From Ascidiella aspersa (Eukaryota), in NCBI GenBank assembly GCA_963924565.1, contig OZ004612.1, forward strand, positions 26,288,001 to 26,352,000: a stretch of DNA of 64,000 nt, written 5' to 3'. Below, in pieces: positions 1 to 15,000 of this stretch. The position numbers and the translations under genes were made by a program. Under the pieces are notes generated by a model, which searched no databases, was not told the DNA's origin, and worked only from the letters and a program-made list of their open reading frames with translations. Numbering within the stretch: position 1 is the first letter of the stretch; each line of letters begins with the position of its first letter.

Positions 1-25
1 CTTGCATATTCCTTGTGTGTTTAAG

Positions 26-3000
26 GCGCCCAAGCTCTGATCAACCTGAGATCGATTCCTATAATGTTTAATGGGGAACGGCACTTAAACATCACTGAAG
101 GTGACACAACAAGTTGGCTTCGCGAAAACGAAACTCCGCCGCTTCAAAGTCTACACGGCGCCAACGAGGAACCGAAAATTGAAACTGAGAAACTGACTCC
201 TGGTTACAGTCACCAAAATTTATATATAGATTCAAGCCAGATCTTTCACGCCGGCAGTAATTCAGGTATGCACACATTTGTTTGCACAACACACGGTATA
301 TTGTGCAAACAGCCCTCTCCACAAGTGGTGTAATCTAGTCGGTTATTTTCCACTTTCAGCGAACTTTGGCTAATATTAAACCATGGCAAATATGCCAGAT
401 ACGCTTTGGCAAAGGTAATTACCTGAAATCAGGGGTTCTTAAACTTTTTTCACCGCGGACCCCGAAAACATTTTTTTTGCCCTGCGCGGACCACGGTAAG
501 CAAGAAATTTTCAAAAATGACGTCATAAATTGACGTCCCACTATATATATATATTCTGCAGTAAATCTGCAGTTTTTGGTCCACCAAATGTAAAAGAAAA
601 ATAGAGTCTAACTAAATTCAGTGCAAAAACGTTTTGTTTTTAATTAAACTCTTTGAAAAAAATGATTATTTCCTAATATATACGTTAATATTACATCAAT
701 TCGGGCTTCACGGGCAGCCTGAAAATAGTTCCCGGACCCCCAAGGAATCCAGCATGGACCCCAGTTTAAGAACCCCTGCCTTAAATGTTTCGAGAAAAAG
801 TAGCTACTGAGGGCAAACCAAAAGAACAACAACATATATACGTCCCTTTATGTGTATATCTAATTATTTTGACAACTGCCGTTGTGTAACGTTGTTTAGA
901 AACTAGAATAACCGCTGGTGAATGGTCTTAAATTCAGAATAACCGCTGGTGAAATGGTCTTAAATTTGAGCTACGTAAAGCCTTTAAGAAAAGTTTCGTT
1001 TTTCTTTATACGTACAACCATGTGTTTCAGTATACATGTTGTATGTACGTACTAATTTGATTTGCTGTTTCAACAGCTACCCATGAGCCGATTTATAAAA
1101 AATTGGAGCCAATTTACCACTCTATTTGAACAGGGAGTTCCTTTTGTGATGAAAACGTTTCCCTGAGAAACAAACAACCACGCGTTGATCGAGTTACAAC
1201 CACTTCGGCGTCTTCAAATCGTAAGTAACTTTGTGTCATGTTGTTTTTATAAGACATAACAAATGAATCATATTCGAATTTATTGAATATGAGCAATCTT
1301 TTAGTAATGCCTCTCCAATTTTCTTGGGTATTGTAGAAATCTTCTAAGAACTAATCTAAATGAATCCAACCATGTGAACTGCTGTAGTAAGAAACCTAAC
1401 CAAACAAATGGCCACCCAAAATTGAGTAGCGACTAAAAGGTTGAGAAACACTCTAGGCCTTTATCATACTAAAAGGTTTAGGTAACTTTAGAGCATGTAC
1501 CCTGTTGGCTATAGCGAGCCATGTACTCCTTTATATTGTTTATACATGGTTATCGATTAACTCATGTTAGTTTGTTTGTCTGTAATTGCCTTAGCTACAA
1601 TGATTTTGCATATTTTTTACAATAAACTTCACAGCAATCATAAATTGAATTTAGGTCGTTTTTGTTTGTTTTAGAACAACTCGTAACCGAGTTTGAAGAA
1701 GTATTAAATTATACAAAGGACATTATAACGTTTATTGTAAAATCGACAAATGGAATTGGTCCATTAGCTAAAACTTTGGAGGGTGTGGCCCAATGTGAGA
1801 TCTATCAAAGTAAAAAAAATGAAAATGGAATTAAATACAAACCCAACATCCAGGTTAGTTAATTGAAAACCACTAAAACTGGTGCAAGAATTTAACAAAC
1901 ACTTGTATGTTATAGACTAGTTTAAACATTGATATCACTGATTGTTCGTCGAAGGCAAAATAGAAATAGGATTATTAAGAAATAATTGTTTTTTAAATTT
2001 TACGTTACATGTTTTTAACCTAGATGATAGATGAGAGTCTAAAACATAATCAAAAAAAGTTCGAAGCAAAATGCAAAAAGGAGAGTCGTACATTTTTTGA
2101 AAAGTATGTGTCGCAATCAGCTAATTACAGCCGAGACAACCTGTCAAGTTTAAAAGAAGAAAATTCGTGGAATGAAAGCGAGCACATTGTCCAGATGGGA
2201 TGGACTGGAAACTTTGATGGGGAAGTATATGTCAGGTATGAAACTCACGATACGTAAATACTTTTAGGTGTGGTAGAATTAACAGGCTAATATGCCTGAC
2301 ACGGGGACGCAAACTGACTAAAAAAATTCTCTACTTTTGTAACTCTACTTTCGGAATCTTCATGTCTAACTCTTCTCCTAACTATTCTTCCAACACCAAA
2401 TTGTAAAACACCAACTTTAACTACAACTCAAACTTCAGACTAAACTTAAACTCGAACGCCAACTTCAATTTCAATCCGATTCTAAATAAGGCTTTACCCC
2501 AAATCCAACTCCAAATTCTAACTCCAACTCCAAATTCTAACAATTTAACCACAAGTCCAACTCCCATTTCTAACTGCAAATCCAAACTGCGACTCCGAAC
2601 ATGACTCCAACTCATGCTAAAATAAAAACAACTCATAACTCAAAATTCTAGCGTTAACTTCACACTACATTAAACCGCATTATTCCTCGTTTGACATCTC
2701 CTTAAATCATCCGTTTTCAGGTGGGACCTACAATTCTCTACTTTGGTAACTCTTATTGCGGAATCTTCTCTTCTAACTTTTCTCCTAACTATTTCCAAAT
2801 TCTGAAACACCAACTTTAACTCCAACTCCAAATCCAACCTAAACTTCAAATCCAAACTCCAACTCGAACGCCAACCCCATTTTCAATCCGATTCTGAATA
2901 CAACTTTACCCCAAATCCAACTCCAATTCCGACTCTAACTCCGAATTTCACCAGAATTCCAACTCCCATTTCTAACTGCAACTCCAAACTCCGACTTCGA

Positions 3001-6000
3001 CCATGACTTAGATTACAAACACCAACTCTAACGCCCAACCTTAACTTCGAATCCGATTCTAACTCCAACTCAAATTCCAAAGCTAAACTTTAACCTCCAA
3101 CTCATACTCAAAATAAAAACTCCAACTCATACTCAAAATAAAAACTCCAACTCATAACTCAAAATAAAACCTCCAACTCATAGTCAAAATAAAAACTCCA
3201 ACTCATAACTCAAAATAAAAACTCCAACTCATAACTCAAAATTCTAGCGCTAGCTCTAAACTACAACTACAACGCCCAACTTTCATTAAACCGCGTTATT
3301 CCGCTCTTGACATTTAACCAAATCAGCCGTTTTCAGGTGGGACCTACGATCGGGTTGCGTCACGGCTACTGGCATTGAAGCTGACGTTAAATGGTTCCTT
3401 GGATTTGTCAAAGCCAGCTGTGACATCACTGAAGAAGCGGTGCATTTTTCAAAACAAACTTACAGGTAAGGTAAATCCCTTATAATTAGCAATAGGTATA
3501 TGTCACAAGATAGCTGTCAATATTTGGTAGCTAAAATAGCAGTTGTCTGTCGTGTTCCATCGTCATGTTAAAACACCACGTTTCATAATAATTTTAATAA
3601 TATTATTCTTGTAAATTTGTGTAGTCGGTAAGGGATTCCAAAAGTGGGTAAATGGGTGATTTAAATAGGTATGGGTTTTGTTAAACATATATAATAAAGT
3701 AGTAAGTGACAGCCAGGGTATGGTTTTGTGGTACTATTGAGCACTTTGGTGATCGGTCAATTTTTAAGTAAACACTTTAAGCTATATTAACGCGTTTTGT
3801 TGCGGTCGAAAAACGCGTGGAAAGCATGAAACTGCGCAGTAGAATTGTCTTTCGGTTTTTTCTCTAGTAACTTTAATTGATGTTTGTTAAGGGCTCTGCA
3901 AGAGTGCAATGTGATTCACCGAAGCGAGATTGCGATGAACAAATTTGTGACCTTGACACCAAAATGGGAAGACAATGGCGAACAATGCGTTGTTTTGTTA
4001 AGAGGTCCCAGTAGGGCTGTTAAGAAGGAAAAAGGAAACCTTACCGCCTTTAAAAATGTGAGTGGTGTTGATATTGGCACGATGTGTATGGGCTGATGAC
4101 GTATATGTAATAAGACAGTAGTTCTCAAACTTTTTCAGCTTGCGGCACACTAAAATAATCTTAAATATAGTGATTTTACAATCGCCCTTAAAACACACCA
4201 AACTATATGTAAATGTCTCAATATTATTAATTCGTAATGAATAAGGCCTATTTACATCTAAAATGCTTGCGTATGACTAAAGGTAATACAAGTAACTTAT
4301 AAGTAAAATGTTTTAAAATGACAAAAAGTTTCGTGACACACTTGACAATCTCTCGAGGCACACAGTTGGGGAAATACTGAACAAGAGGCTCATGGTTGGT
4401 CGTATCAACCATAGAAGTCTCAAATAGGATGAGTTCATATCTGCTCTTGTGTGTAAATTTTGAAAATTTTCGCTGGCATTTGCTCCCCATGCCATTTCCG
4501 GTGCATAAAATATGAGTTTTCAGAAACACTTAAAATAGGGTTACAAGATAGTAAAATTATTTGAAGAGTAACTTTAAATAAACGGAAGTATGTTTATGTG
4601 TAGCGTTTAAAGACACACCTTCTGCCAAGAGAAGATAATTTGACTAAGTTCCTTCTATCTTCGCTGAAAAACGAAGCATGTGGCATTTCGAAGGAACAAG
4701 AAGATGTCAGGCAAAAAGTGCAGAATAAGTTTAAAGACGAAGATATTTATGGTGAGTTAATTGGGTTTATTCGGACGATTTTGCTATCAAATGCAAAACT
4801 ATAGGCTTGGTTGTGCAGTGAAACAACATGAGTAACAATAATCAAGGCCAATATTTTAATGGAAAAAGCCGTATTGGTATTCTGAAAAGTGTTTGGCGCA
4901 ACATTATTCACTTCATATTTTGAAACATGTTGCTTTGAAAATGCGACGTCTAGGTGATTAATAATTAACACGCCAGTGGTGTTAACAAGTGTATGAATGG
5001 CTGTAGCCTACTTATAGCATGGGTGTTGCTTTCATGTGGTAAATTTAACTAACTTTCGTTGAGTGTTGTTATGTTGACTTAACTGCGCTAGAGTCACGGT
5101 TTTTAAATGACTTGAGTTGACTTAAGTCGTTCTGCTACCATGATTATTTTGAACAAAAAACTTGAGTCATTGATTTAAATGACTTGGGATAAAAAGGTCC
5201 TTGCCCTTAACATTATTTCATGAAATTGAGCTGTTTATCCCAAGATTCGAATTTTTTATTTTACTGCATGCTGTTTTGGGGTGTTTTACCAATTTTAATA
5301 GTTCACTGTTTAATTTTGATATAAGTGATTTGACTTGGAATTGACTTCCTCTAATTCTGACTGGACTTGAATTTTTTTAAATTAGAGTTGGACTTAACGT
5401 ATTTCAGCAATGGTTCGGCTGGGGCTTAAGTTAATTTTAAATCACGTGTTTACAACACTGTTTTCTCTACATTCAATCATTTTTACCCAGCTTCACTCCA
5501 ACTGAGAAAAGGCGAGGTTTGTCTGTTTTTTGTTGAACACAAACATCGCGACCGCGCAACGAAAGCCTTCAAAGAAATTTTTAAAGAGGAGATCATCGAA
5601 CTACACCACCAAGGAAACGACCAACTTGTCAAATCGACCGAATGGATGATGCGTCGCAAAGACATTAATTCTGGGGGGACGACAAAGATATTCAGCAACG
5701 TGGCGGTATTAGACATACGTAAAATTAACACAACATAATTATGCCTTGATAGAAAACTCTCTCTGGGCAATCCATTTTAGTAGCCTTTTAGACTTAATGA
5801 GCAAAAGAGAAAACTCTGGTAAGAATGGAATAGGCACTTTAATAAAATCTTAGGTGTCAGGTATCCACATGTTCTTTCAACCTAGAGTTTTTTTTATGTT
5901 TTTCGCTGCACTTTGCTTGTGTAATGGACTTCGGCAAAAAATTTACCTTTCGGATTTTTACGATTTTATATTTATCATTAATAACTTAATTTGCAAAAGT

Positions 6001-9000
6001 TCTATTTTATTCGACTGAGCGCTTATGTTCTGCCTTAAGTCAAACATCTGCCTGTTCATAAAAAAAATGCCACGGAACGTAATTAGTGAGAACAACGAGC
6101 TTGCGCATTACAAAAATTTACTTATTATTATCGACTACCTAATAAAAAACTTTTTGATTTTTACAGCACACTTTCAATATTCGTAGAAATATATTAAACC
6201 CTGCATTAATACAGCGACAATAACACAAAAATAACTTGTACTATATAGGCAATATACGTGTGACCTCACATGCTGGTCATCGTACAGACGGATAGCGTGG
6301 TAACTGGCAGCTATGAAATGCACGAATGTTTAACCCAGGGAGTCTTAACTTGGGGGTGCCCGTACACAGGCACCCCCAAGGGGTGCGAGAACCATTCCTA
6401 GGCGGTGCAGGAATGCTGAATTATACACAGAAAATGTAATCCTGCAATTTATTTTATTTTTCCAGTTAAACATTAAACCAATTCACATATTGGTATTGTG
6501 CTATTGTGAAAAAATTTGGAACCACTGTTTTTTCCCATTGCGATACCGAAGGATGCTAATTTATATTTTCCTACGTATAATTATGAACGGCTAAATAATG
6601 TTACAAGGCCGCAAAACTGATCTAATTTTTTAATGAAACAGGGAGATCTAACGTCGATTGCTGTCGTGGGCCTCTGGGATGAAGTTCAACCGAACTTAAT
6701 CAAAGTTAACGAGTATTTCGACGAAAACAAAGTCACCTCAGCCGATGTAGCAGTACTTCCCGTCGTGGTCCAGTACTTTGAGAAATACTTATCCTTGTTC
6801 AAGGACTACAAGGCCAAGACCAAAGATGTCGAGTTGACATTCAGCAATGGAAAAAGACCGGCGATTGCTGTCAAGGGAAAACGCGAACATTTGCAAACAG
6901 GTAAATCGTTATGTCTTCACAATTAGTGAAAAGCGTTGTGAAATCGAGATTGTGGACTCAAAGAAATTGGAATATTGAAACGTCCCACCAGGGCCTCGCA
7001 ATGCACAGTTTGATTAGTCCAATTTTCAGTCCTGCTTAAATTTTCCCAATTAGCTAAAACCAAATGATTTCAAAGTGTAATTTTATCGTCAAGTTGTAAC
7101 TATATGCTGTAAAGTTAAATTAGTCTTATAATTGTAATCGTTTTTACAGCAATTGCCTTTATTAAACAAAAATAGCTACCCTGTTTACTTTGTCTTGTTC
7201 TCTGCGTTTTGTTCGCAACGTTTCTTCTGTATGTGCTTAATTTAAATATTTTAAATAAACACGGTATCATCATTATTTGCATTATGATTTATTTTCAAGT
7301 ATTGAATGTTTTATTGGGTCTATTAAAACAAAAATCGTAGACCAGTTCAACAAAATGTTTACTTGCCCATTTTTAACCTATTACTTTTTCATACACATTT
7401 GTTGGCATTTTAATATGCATTTTTAGCTCTTAAATGGATCGAAAACAGTAGATCACAAGTCGACGTGTCAGTAAGGCAGTTGCTGGAACCGGGAATCCCC
7501 GCCTATTTTCGCACTGAAAAAGGAAGAGAGGAAATTGAACTGATCGCAAACGGCAATATGTGCATCGGGATTGTGGATCCGGCTGCGCAAGCATATCAAC
7601 CAAGTAGTGAAGAAGAATGGAAGATAATGGTAGGACTGTATAACTACAGTTGTTATAACACTAAAATAACTTCAAAGGATGATAATATGCCCAAGTTCGA
7701 TTATAAGTTAGTTCTCTTTCAGCGTACAATAGTTTAATGCAGAAACTTAAAAAATAGGCCATGCAGTTTGTTTATACGAGCCTGTCATGCGTAATTGGAC
7801 TTAACAGTTTTGCTAAACATTGTTGGCATTATGCTGCGCACGGAAATTATGTCCGTGAATCACAAATATTTTTGTCTGGATTGTACACATCCTTATTGAC
7901 TTAAAAATCGGGCGTTTCTATTTCAGCAAACAACACTTAATCGGCACTCCGACATAAAAGTTGAGGAAGGCCCAACAGTCGACGGAGTCAAACTTCAACT
8001 GGTAATCGATGACATCACACAGCTAAACTGCGAAGCAATCGTAAACACCTCAAACAAGGAACTAGAATTAAGAAAGCGAGGAATTTCAGGGAGCATCCTT
8101 AAAAATGGTAGGCTTTTGATGAAAAGGGGAAATTTCGAGTATTTTGTATTATGTTTTAGGTTGGAAATTTAATTGTCACTCAGTTAAAGCGTCTGCATAT
8201 GATAAATCCATAATGCTACCAGGTTAATTTAAAAGAAGGATTTATATTGCCGTGTTAAATTATCTCCGCTATGAATACACCATTTATCTTTAAATGTAAC
8301 CAGCTTCTTTTAACGATATATAATACTAGAAGGGCAATTGCTAAAATTAAAACAAACGTTTTTAGGTGGTCCTAACATTCAAAAAGAGATGGACCAAGTG
8401 CGTAAAGTGATTGGAGGTCAACTTTCAACAGGGAATGCTGTGAGCACAAGTGCTGGAAAATTGCCTATGAAACAGATCATACACACTGCAGGACCGAATT
8501 TTTCCTTTGTACCCAGGTAAGACCTTTCTAAAAATTAAATTCTTGATGTACCAAACAGTATATAACTTACACTCAAGTGGGCCTAAGTTCTGGTTGATAA
8601 ATAATGTTCCTTTGGTAAACTGGAAACTATACGCATGCACAATGTTATGGGCATAACTACTTGCAATCTTAAATGTTTATTACCTGTGTTACTGAACCAC
8701 AGAAAACAATCTAACGTACACTAAAAAATAGATAGGCCTACGGAAGACAATTGTTTGTTACAGGCGGTTTCTGTATGGTGCTGATCGCAAAATTGAAAAA
8801 TTAATGAAATCAGTGTCAAGTTGCATGGAAGAAGCAACGGAACTTAACATAAGGTCACTCGCCATCCCAGCAATAAGTTGTGGAGTATTTGGAGGTGACC
8901 CCAAAGTTTGTGTTCCAATTATTGTTAAAACTGTCGTTGAATTTATCAAGTTGAACCCTAACACGTCTCTGGAAGAGGTACTTCAATTTTGTTTTCTATA

Positions 9001-12000
9001 TATAAGATTTCTAAACGATTTTTTAACATACAATAAGTAAAAAACATGACAGATATTCTTTCTAAACAGTATTGTACACAAGTTATTTTGAAATTAGAAT
9101 GGTCCTAGTCAATTTTGTTCAAATAATCAACAAATCCATTTCCAAAGTAGTTTTTAAAAAAACGATAGGTCATTAGCATCAAAAGTAAATGCTTTAAATC
9201 AGTGAATTTCGATCAATGGACGCGATCCAAATTTCGGTCGCCGTTTGAGTTGATTGGGGCGCCGACTAAAGTAGTTTTTACGGTTAGATTTATTGTGAGT
9301 AATTCTGAACAATATTTCTATAAAACAGGGGTTCTTAAACTTTTTTTGTCGCGGACCGCTAAAATTTTATTTTACCTCGCGTGGACCACGGTAGGCGAGA
9401 AATTTCCATAATGACGTCATAAATTGACGTCACAATGCAAATAGAAATCAGAAATCTGCCGATTTCGGTACAAAAAATGTGAAAGTCTAATGGAGCCAAC
9501 ATTCCGTTAATTTAAGTGAAAGTTATTTTAAAAATTTATTATTTTTCAAATGTATACTACTTTTCATTAGGCCTTCATGGACCCCCTAAAACTAGTTCAC
9601 GGACCCCCAAGGGGTCCATGGACCCCAGTTTAAGAACCCCTGCTCTAAAACCTATAACAATTTCGGAGGCGGTAGAAAGACATATGGTTCTTTCAGGCTA
9701 TTTTTATTTTCGGGATACTTATCTTAATTTTTGCACGTAAAACAATTATATTGCTACATATTGAATTGTGGTTCATAATCAGATGAGTTTACCAATTTAA
9801 ACGTTTAGTTTTCTGATTATATTAGTGTATTGATTTGGAGATAATTTGCGTTAATAATGATTTGACTGGGACTTGACTTGGGTAGCTGATGACTTGGCTG
9901 GGACAGTCTTGACTTGGACTTAAGTTATTTCACAAACGGCTTGACTGGGACTTTAGTCATTTCAAAATTACTTGTTTACATCACCGGCAGTTTTTGTTTA
10001 GGTTGTTTTTGTTGAAAAACAAAATAAGAGCATAATTTCCGAGTTTCGAAAAGCTCTACAATTGATCAACAACGAGAGAAAAGTTCAACGTACTACACAA
10101 CCTATTACAGCAGCAAACAAGGTTAATGCTTGCTTTTGTGATAGTTTTATGCTTCCCTAGTTTTACGATTAAAACATTTTTAAAACATATATTTTGAAAT
10201 GTTAACAATTATTTAATTAAACGTATTTATAATTTCAAGTAAATCTTTTCAGCATCCTGTGTTGAGCTGGTTCCATTTTCGTTAAATATAAAATAATTTT
10301 ATTTTAAAAATCATTTTTACATAAATATTAATCTAAAAATCTTACTTTTATAGGTTACAACACCAGGACGACCAATTAAAAACACTCTTGAAATAACCAT
10401 AAAGGCCGGAAACATCGTAGAGTTTAAAGTAATGTTGCTATCTGTTAAACACAACACTCCTATACAGTTGTTTAACCTTAGTTGTGATTCAAAGTGTTAA
10501 AATTACAGGTTTAACTTCAAATACAAATATAGGTTTATTTTTTGCCTTCCGTATAATATAGGGCCGGGGTTCCTAAACTTTTTTCACAGCGGACCCCTAA
10601 AAATGTGTTTTGCTTCGCGTGGCCACGGTAAGCAAAATATTTTCAAAAATGACGTCATAAATTGACGTCACAATACAAAAAGACTTTACAAATCTGTAGG
10701 TTTCGGTCCACAAAATGTGAAGGAAAACAGAGTGTAAATACATTCAGTGCAAAAACGTTTCATTTTTAATTAAACTCTTTCCTTAGAAAAATTGATTATT
10801 TCTTAAATATACATTAAAATTTCAATTCGGCCTTCACGGACCCCCTAAAACTAGTTCACGGACCCCAAAGGGGACCCCAGTTTAAGAACCCCTGCTTTAG
10901 GGTAACTTTGTTTTGGTAAAGACCTTCTAATAACTACAGCAATAGCAAACTGGTCGAGAAAATCCGTTTAGGTTGCCCTGTTTTATAAGTCGTTTTATGT
11001 TTAAAATTCGTAATGGCACAAGAATGATATCCTGATTTCCCCAACTTAATAATAAAAATCGTATTGAGTTATGTATAGCATTTGAAATAGATAACAAAAA
11101 CATCTCGCGACATTCTCTGAAAAATGACGAATAACTTGTTGCAGAGCGATGTTATTGTTACAAGCACATCTTCCAGTAATTTGGCATCTGGGGAAGGATC
11201 AGCGATATCAAAATGTCTACTTAAAGCAATAGGTCCAGAGTTTCAGGTAGGGTATGTTGTTTGGAAACACAATTTTTTTCATTAGGACTGAATTTAATGC
11301 ATTGTAATCAGTTAAATTGAATAGATATTTACTTTTTTAGTCCATGTGTGCATCAGCCGCTGCCAGTAACCGCGCCCTCCAGCCTGGCGATGTGGTCAGC
11401 ACACCAGTCATCAACCAATCATACAGCAGCATCTTGCACGTGATCTTAAGCAACTATGATGCGTTTACGGGCGAAGAAATGATCAAGAAGGCGGTGAACC
11501 AATGCTTGGCCAAAGCTGATGAGGATTGCAACTACTCCATCGCGTTTCCTTGTCTTGGTTCTGGTGGTTTTGGATTCCCCGTTGACAAAGTGGCTGAGTG
11601 GCTTGTTGATGCCGTCCGTTCGTTCCAGGCCAAATTCCTCCGTAAAGCGTTCGTTGTAGTTTTGCCAACGGAGGAATATTCACTCTTGGTAAGATGCAGG
11701 ATTACACTATACTTGACGTATTCACGAGTTCTTAACGGGTCGTATTCACCAACAGCGTATATAGTGAACTAAAATAATGCACAGTCAAGTAACCCGATTA
11801 ATGCTAACCTATTTAAATCCAGACATTCCAAATTCAACTCGACACAATCCAGCATCCCCCCCGACAACTTTATGAGCCTTTTAACTCTTTACCTATTGAT
11901 GTTGCTGTAATTCAAGGAAGCATTACGTCAGCGAAGAGTGACGTAATAGTTAACTCAACTGTTCAGTTTGACCTTACAGGTATGCGAAAAACATTGTGCT

Positions 12001-15000
12001 TTGCGGAACCTTTAGGCTTGTTAACATTAGTCCAAACAAGGCAATGCTAATATAAAATGACAATTGGTTCAAGATCAAGTAAGGTTTGACATCAGGAGAA
12101 GAGTCATTTTGGTGAAGCACTAATCCGTGGCCAGCAAAAATATTTCGCGATAGTTTTAAAGCTATGTTTTAGCTGTTCAGGGAGTCTTTTTAGCCCAACA
12201 ACGCTGTGCTTACCATTGCACTTTTCCACTGGCATTTGTTGGATGTGGTATCAAATTATATATATTAAAAAAAAAGGAATTGTGCTGAACCTATCTAAAT
12301 ATGTAATTTTTTCCCCACTGCTGTAAACTAAGCAAATCAAAAATAGGGTACGTTTTGTAGAAATAAACATTATATTATTATCTCGAACTGTGTCTTGACT
12401 GCAGGACTTTATATTGAACACCAAGTATGCCAAATTTTTATTCTAATATTGGTGTATTCACAGGCCAAATTGGCAAAGTGCTGGTCGCGAAAGGGGGGCA
12501 GACTATTGCACAGGAATGCGCCAATAGCCCCCAGCACAAATCAGCCAATCTTCGCATCACAGGAGCTGGTACCTTGCCCTACCAGCACATTTACCACCTC
12601 AACGTGCCGAAAGACTTAAGCCGACTGGAAGATGTACTCCTGGAACTCTTAAAAGAAGCAAACAAACGTGGCGTTCAATCACTCGCAATGCCAGCTGTCG
12701 GAACTGGTAAGCCAATTGAATGGTATACCGAAAGCCATTGCAGACTCACCGAATCTGTCGATCAATGATGCAAGCAATTCAGACTAGAAAACCAACTAAC
12801 CTGCAGTGAGGTTCGAACTCACGACTTCTAGTCGAGAAACAACCATATGCCAATGCTGGCTACATTACAACTCAACAGTTAAGCAGGCTACCGGTTTCCA
12901 ATACTTTTTATCAATTAAAACACAATTGAAATAACCATAACGACCGGAAACATTATATAGTTTAACGAAATTTTGCTATCGGTTAACTCAACTCTTCTAT
13001 AAAGGATGTTTAAAATCAGACCTAATTAATTAAGGTTTTAAAAATACACGTTTAACATTCATTATAGGATATCTACGTTTGGGTTAACATCTTTTAATAA
13101 CAACAGCAAAGAGAAATTGATCGAGTAAACTTGTTTCGTTATCTCTGTTTTTATAAAGGCGTTTTTCTAAAATTATTAATCGCACAAGAGCAAAATAATG
13201 ATTTCCTTAACTTGATTATCCAGATTGTTTGATAATAAGTTGATCATATTTCATGTAAATTTACATTTTTCATTCATCTGACTTGATCCAAATAGAAGGT
13301 ATTGTTTTACTGTTTGAGCTGTAACCCCTTGTGTCAGCCCCTTATTTATAAAATAAAAAGATAGATTTATTTGTAGAATTTCCAATGATTTCTAAAATTG
13401 GTTTGAATACTATGATCTCTTTGTTAGAGAAGAACAGTTACAGGATTTTTCCTCTTTAGGCAACATCGGCTTGCCAGTTCAAGCTGTGGCCAAATGCATC
13501 AGAAAATCCATTGACAAGTTTGAGCAAACTAAGCCTCTGGCTCTGCGTGAAATTAGCATTCACGTTTTTGAACTGACGATGGTGGCAACTTTCCGAGACG
13601 AAATGGCGAAATCCATACAAACAACGGAAAAAGTTTCAACAGCGCCACAGATGGGTTTGTTTTTCTATTTCATTAGTCCTGTTTTTGTTTTTTTTAAATC
13701 ATTCTGTCCGCACATAATTAATCACATGTAATATAAACATTCTGTTGCTACCAGACCTGGTATACTTAAAAGAAGATATCACTTGGTGAACATATCCTGT
13801 TTAATTAGCCGAAATGTCGGCTAAAATAAATAAGTTTCGCAAGTGCTTCTTTTTAGTATACATGCATTAGGTTGGTTTCAGAAGGTCAATACGGACAATA
13901 TACCAGTAAGCCTATGAGAAATATATCAACCCATAGGCTGATACCCAAATTTGGCTCGCAGTTAAAGAAACTTTGAAAAATTTAAGATATTTAATAAATA
14001 GTTTCAATGGGAAGTGCAGTAACCATTTTGTTTTATTCTTTTATCCAAATGATTTTTTGAAGGTCAATTGAGTCCGATGTCGACAATTAGGACTACACGA
14101 CAATCAGCGGATTCCGTGACCGTTTTGTTTTGTTCACTTCCAGATAAAGTCAACAAGGTAAAGTCTATTATTAATTCGTAAAACACGTCGCCTTTCAATC
14201 ACTTTGCATTCTCATCAAATACACGAATGGACTTTGTTCGTAGTGATTGGATTGTACACTGACCAGTGACTCTTACTGTTATAATCATTTTCAAATACAA
14301 TGTGAATAGTATATATAAATATTAATAAGAAATAAAAAAGAAATTGCTTAAATCCTGCAGAATCGGTCGAAAATTTTTATATCAATTTGTTTAATTTGCC
14401 ACATTTTATTATCATTAGTTTGTTTCATGGGTAAGAGTACAATATACTACTTACCGGCACGTTTGCAAATTTTACCGCTTCGAGACATGCACGCATATGT
14501 AAGTGAAATCTAACTTTAAATACATTTAAAATGGTTAAAACAGGGCATAGTCAGTTTTGAAAAGAAACAATCTTTTCACGGGCAGTTCCGGACCATTTCG
14601 GCCTACTTTCACTGCCTGGGTCTTAAACAAACATTTGATGAAGAATATTATTCCGAATTCAGGCTTGGGAAACGCTGCATGCAAAAGTGGCCGACCTGAG
14701 CATTTCGCAAACGATTGAGAGCAACACACTGCAACATCTTAGCACGGCTGAAAAGGAAAGCATCATGGCACCAATTAAAAAAAGAGACCTGGCGATTGAG
14801 GCAACAGCTAAGTACGGTGAAAGACGAGTATCAACCGTTTTTATGCTTTGAGTTTTTTTAGAGCACTATCCACCATTGGCTTTTAACTTTTGTGTTTGTG
14901 GTGCAACAAACTTTTAAAATAAGTGTCAATCTTTATTTGGACCAATAAGCACTTATGCCTGTTGACAAAATAGTACCCGACATTGACGGTTTTATATTTA

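Noticed and set aside
2421-3080. LELELE/GVGV-rich ORFs on the - strand
   Set aside because: Translations of the AACTCC hexamer repeat inside a PARP intron.
13871-13905. Possible PARP mini-exon GWFQKVNTDNIP
   Set aside because: Splice sites look good, but the end phase (0) does not fit the next exon (phase 1), while 13654->14063 splices in frame without it.
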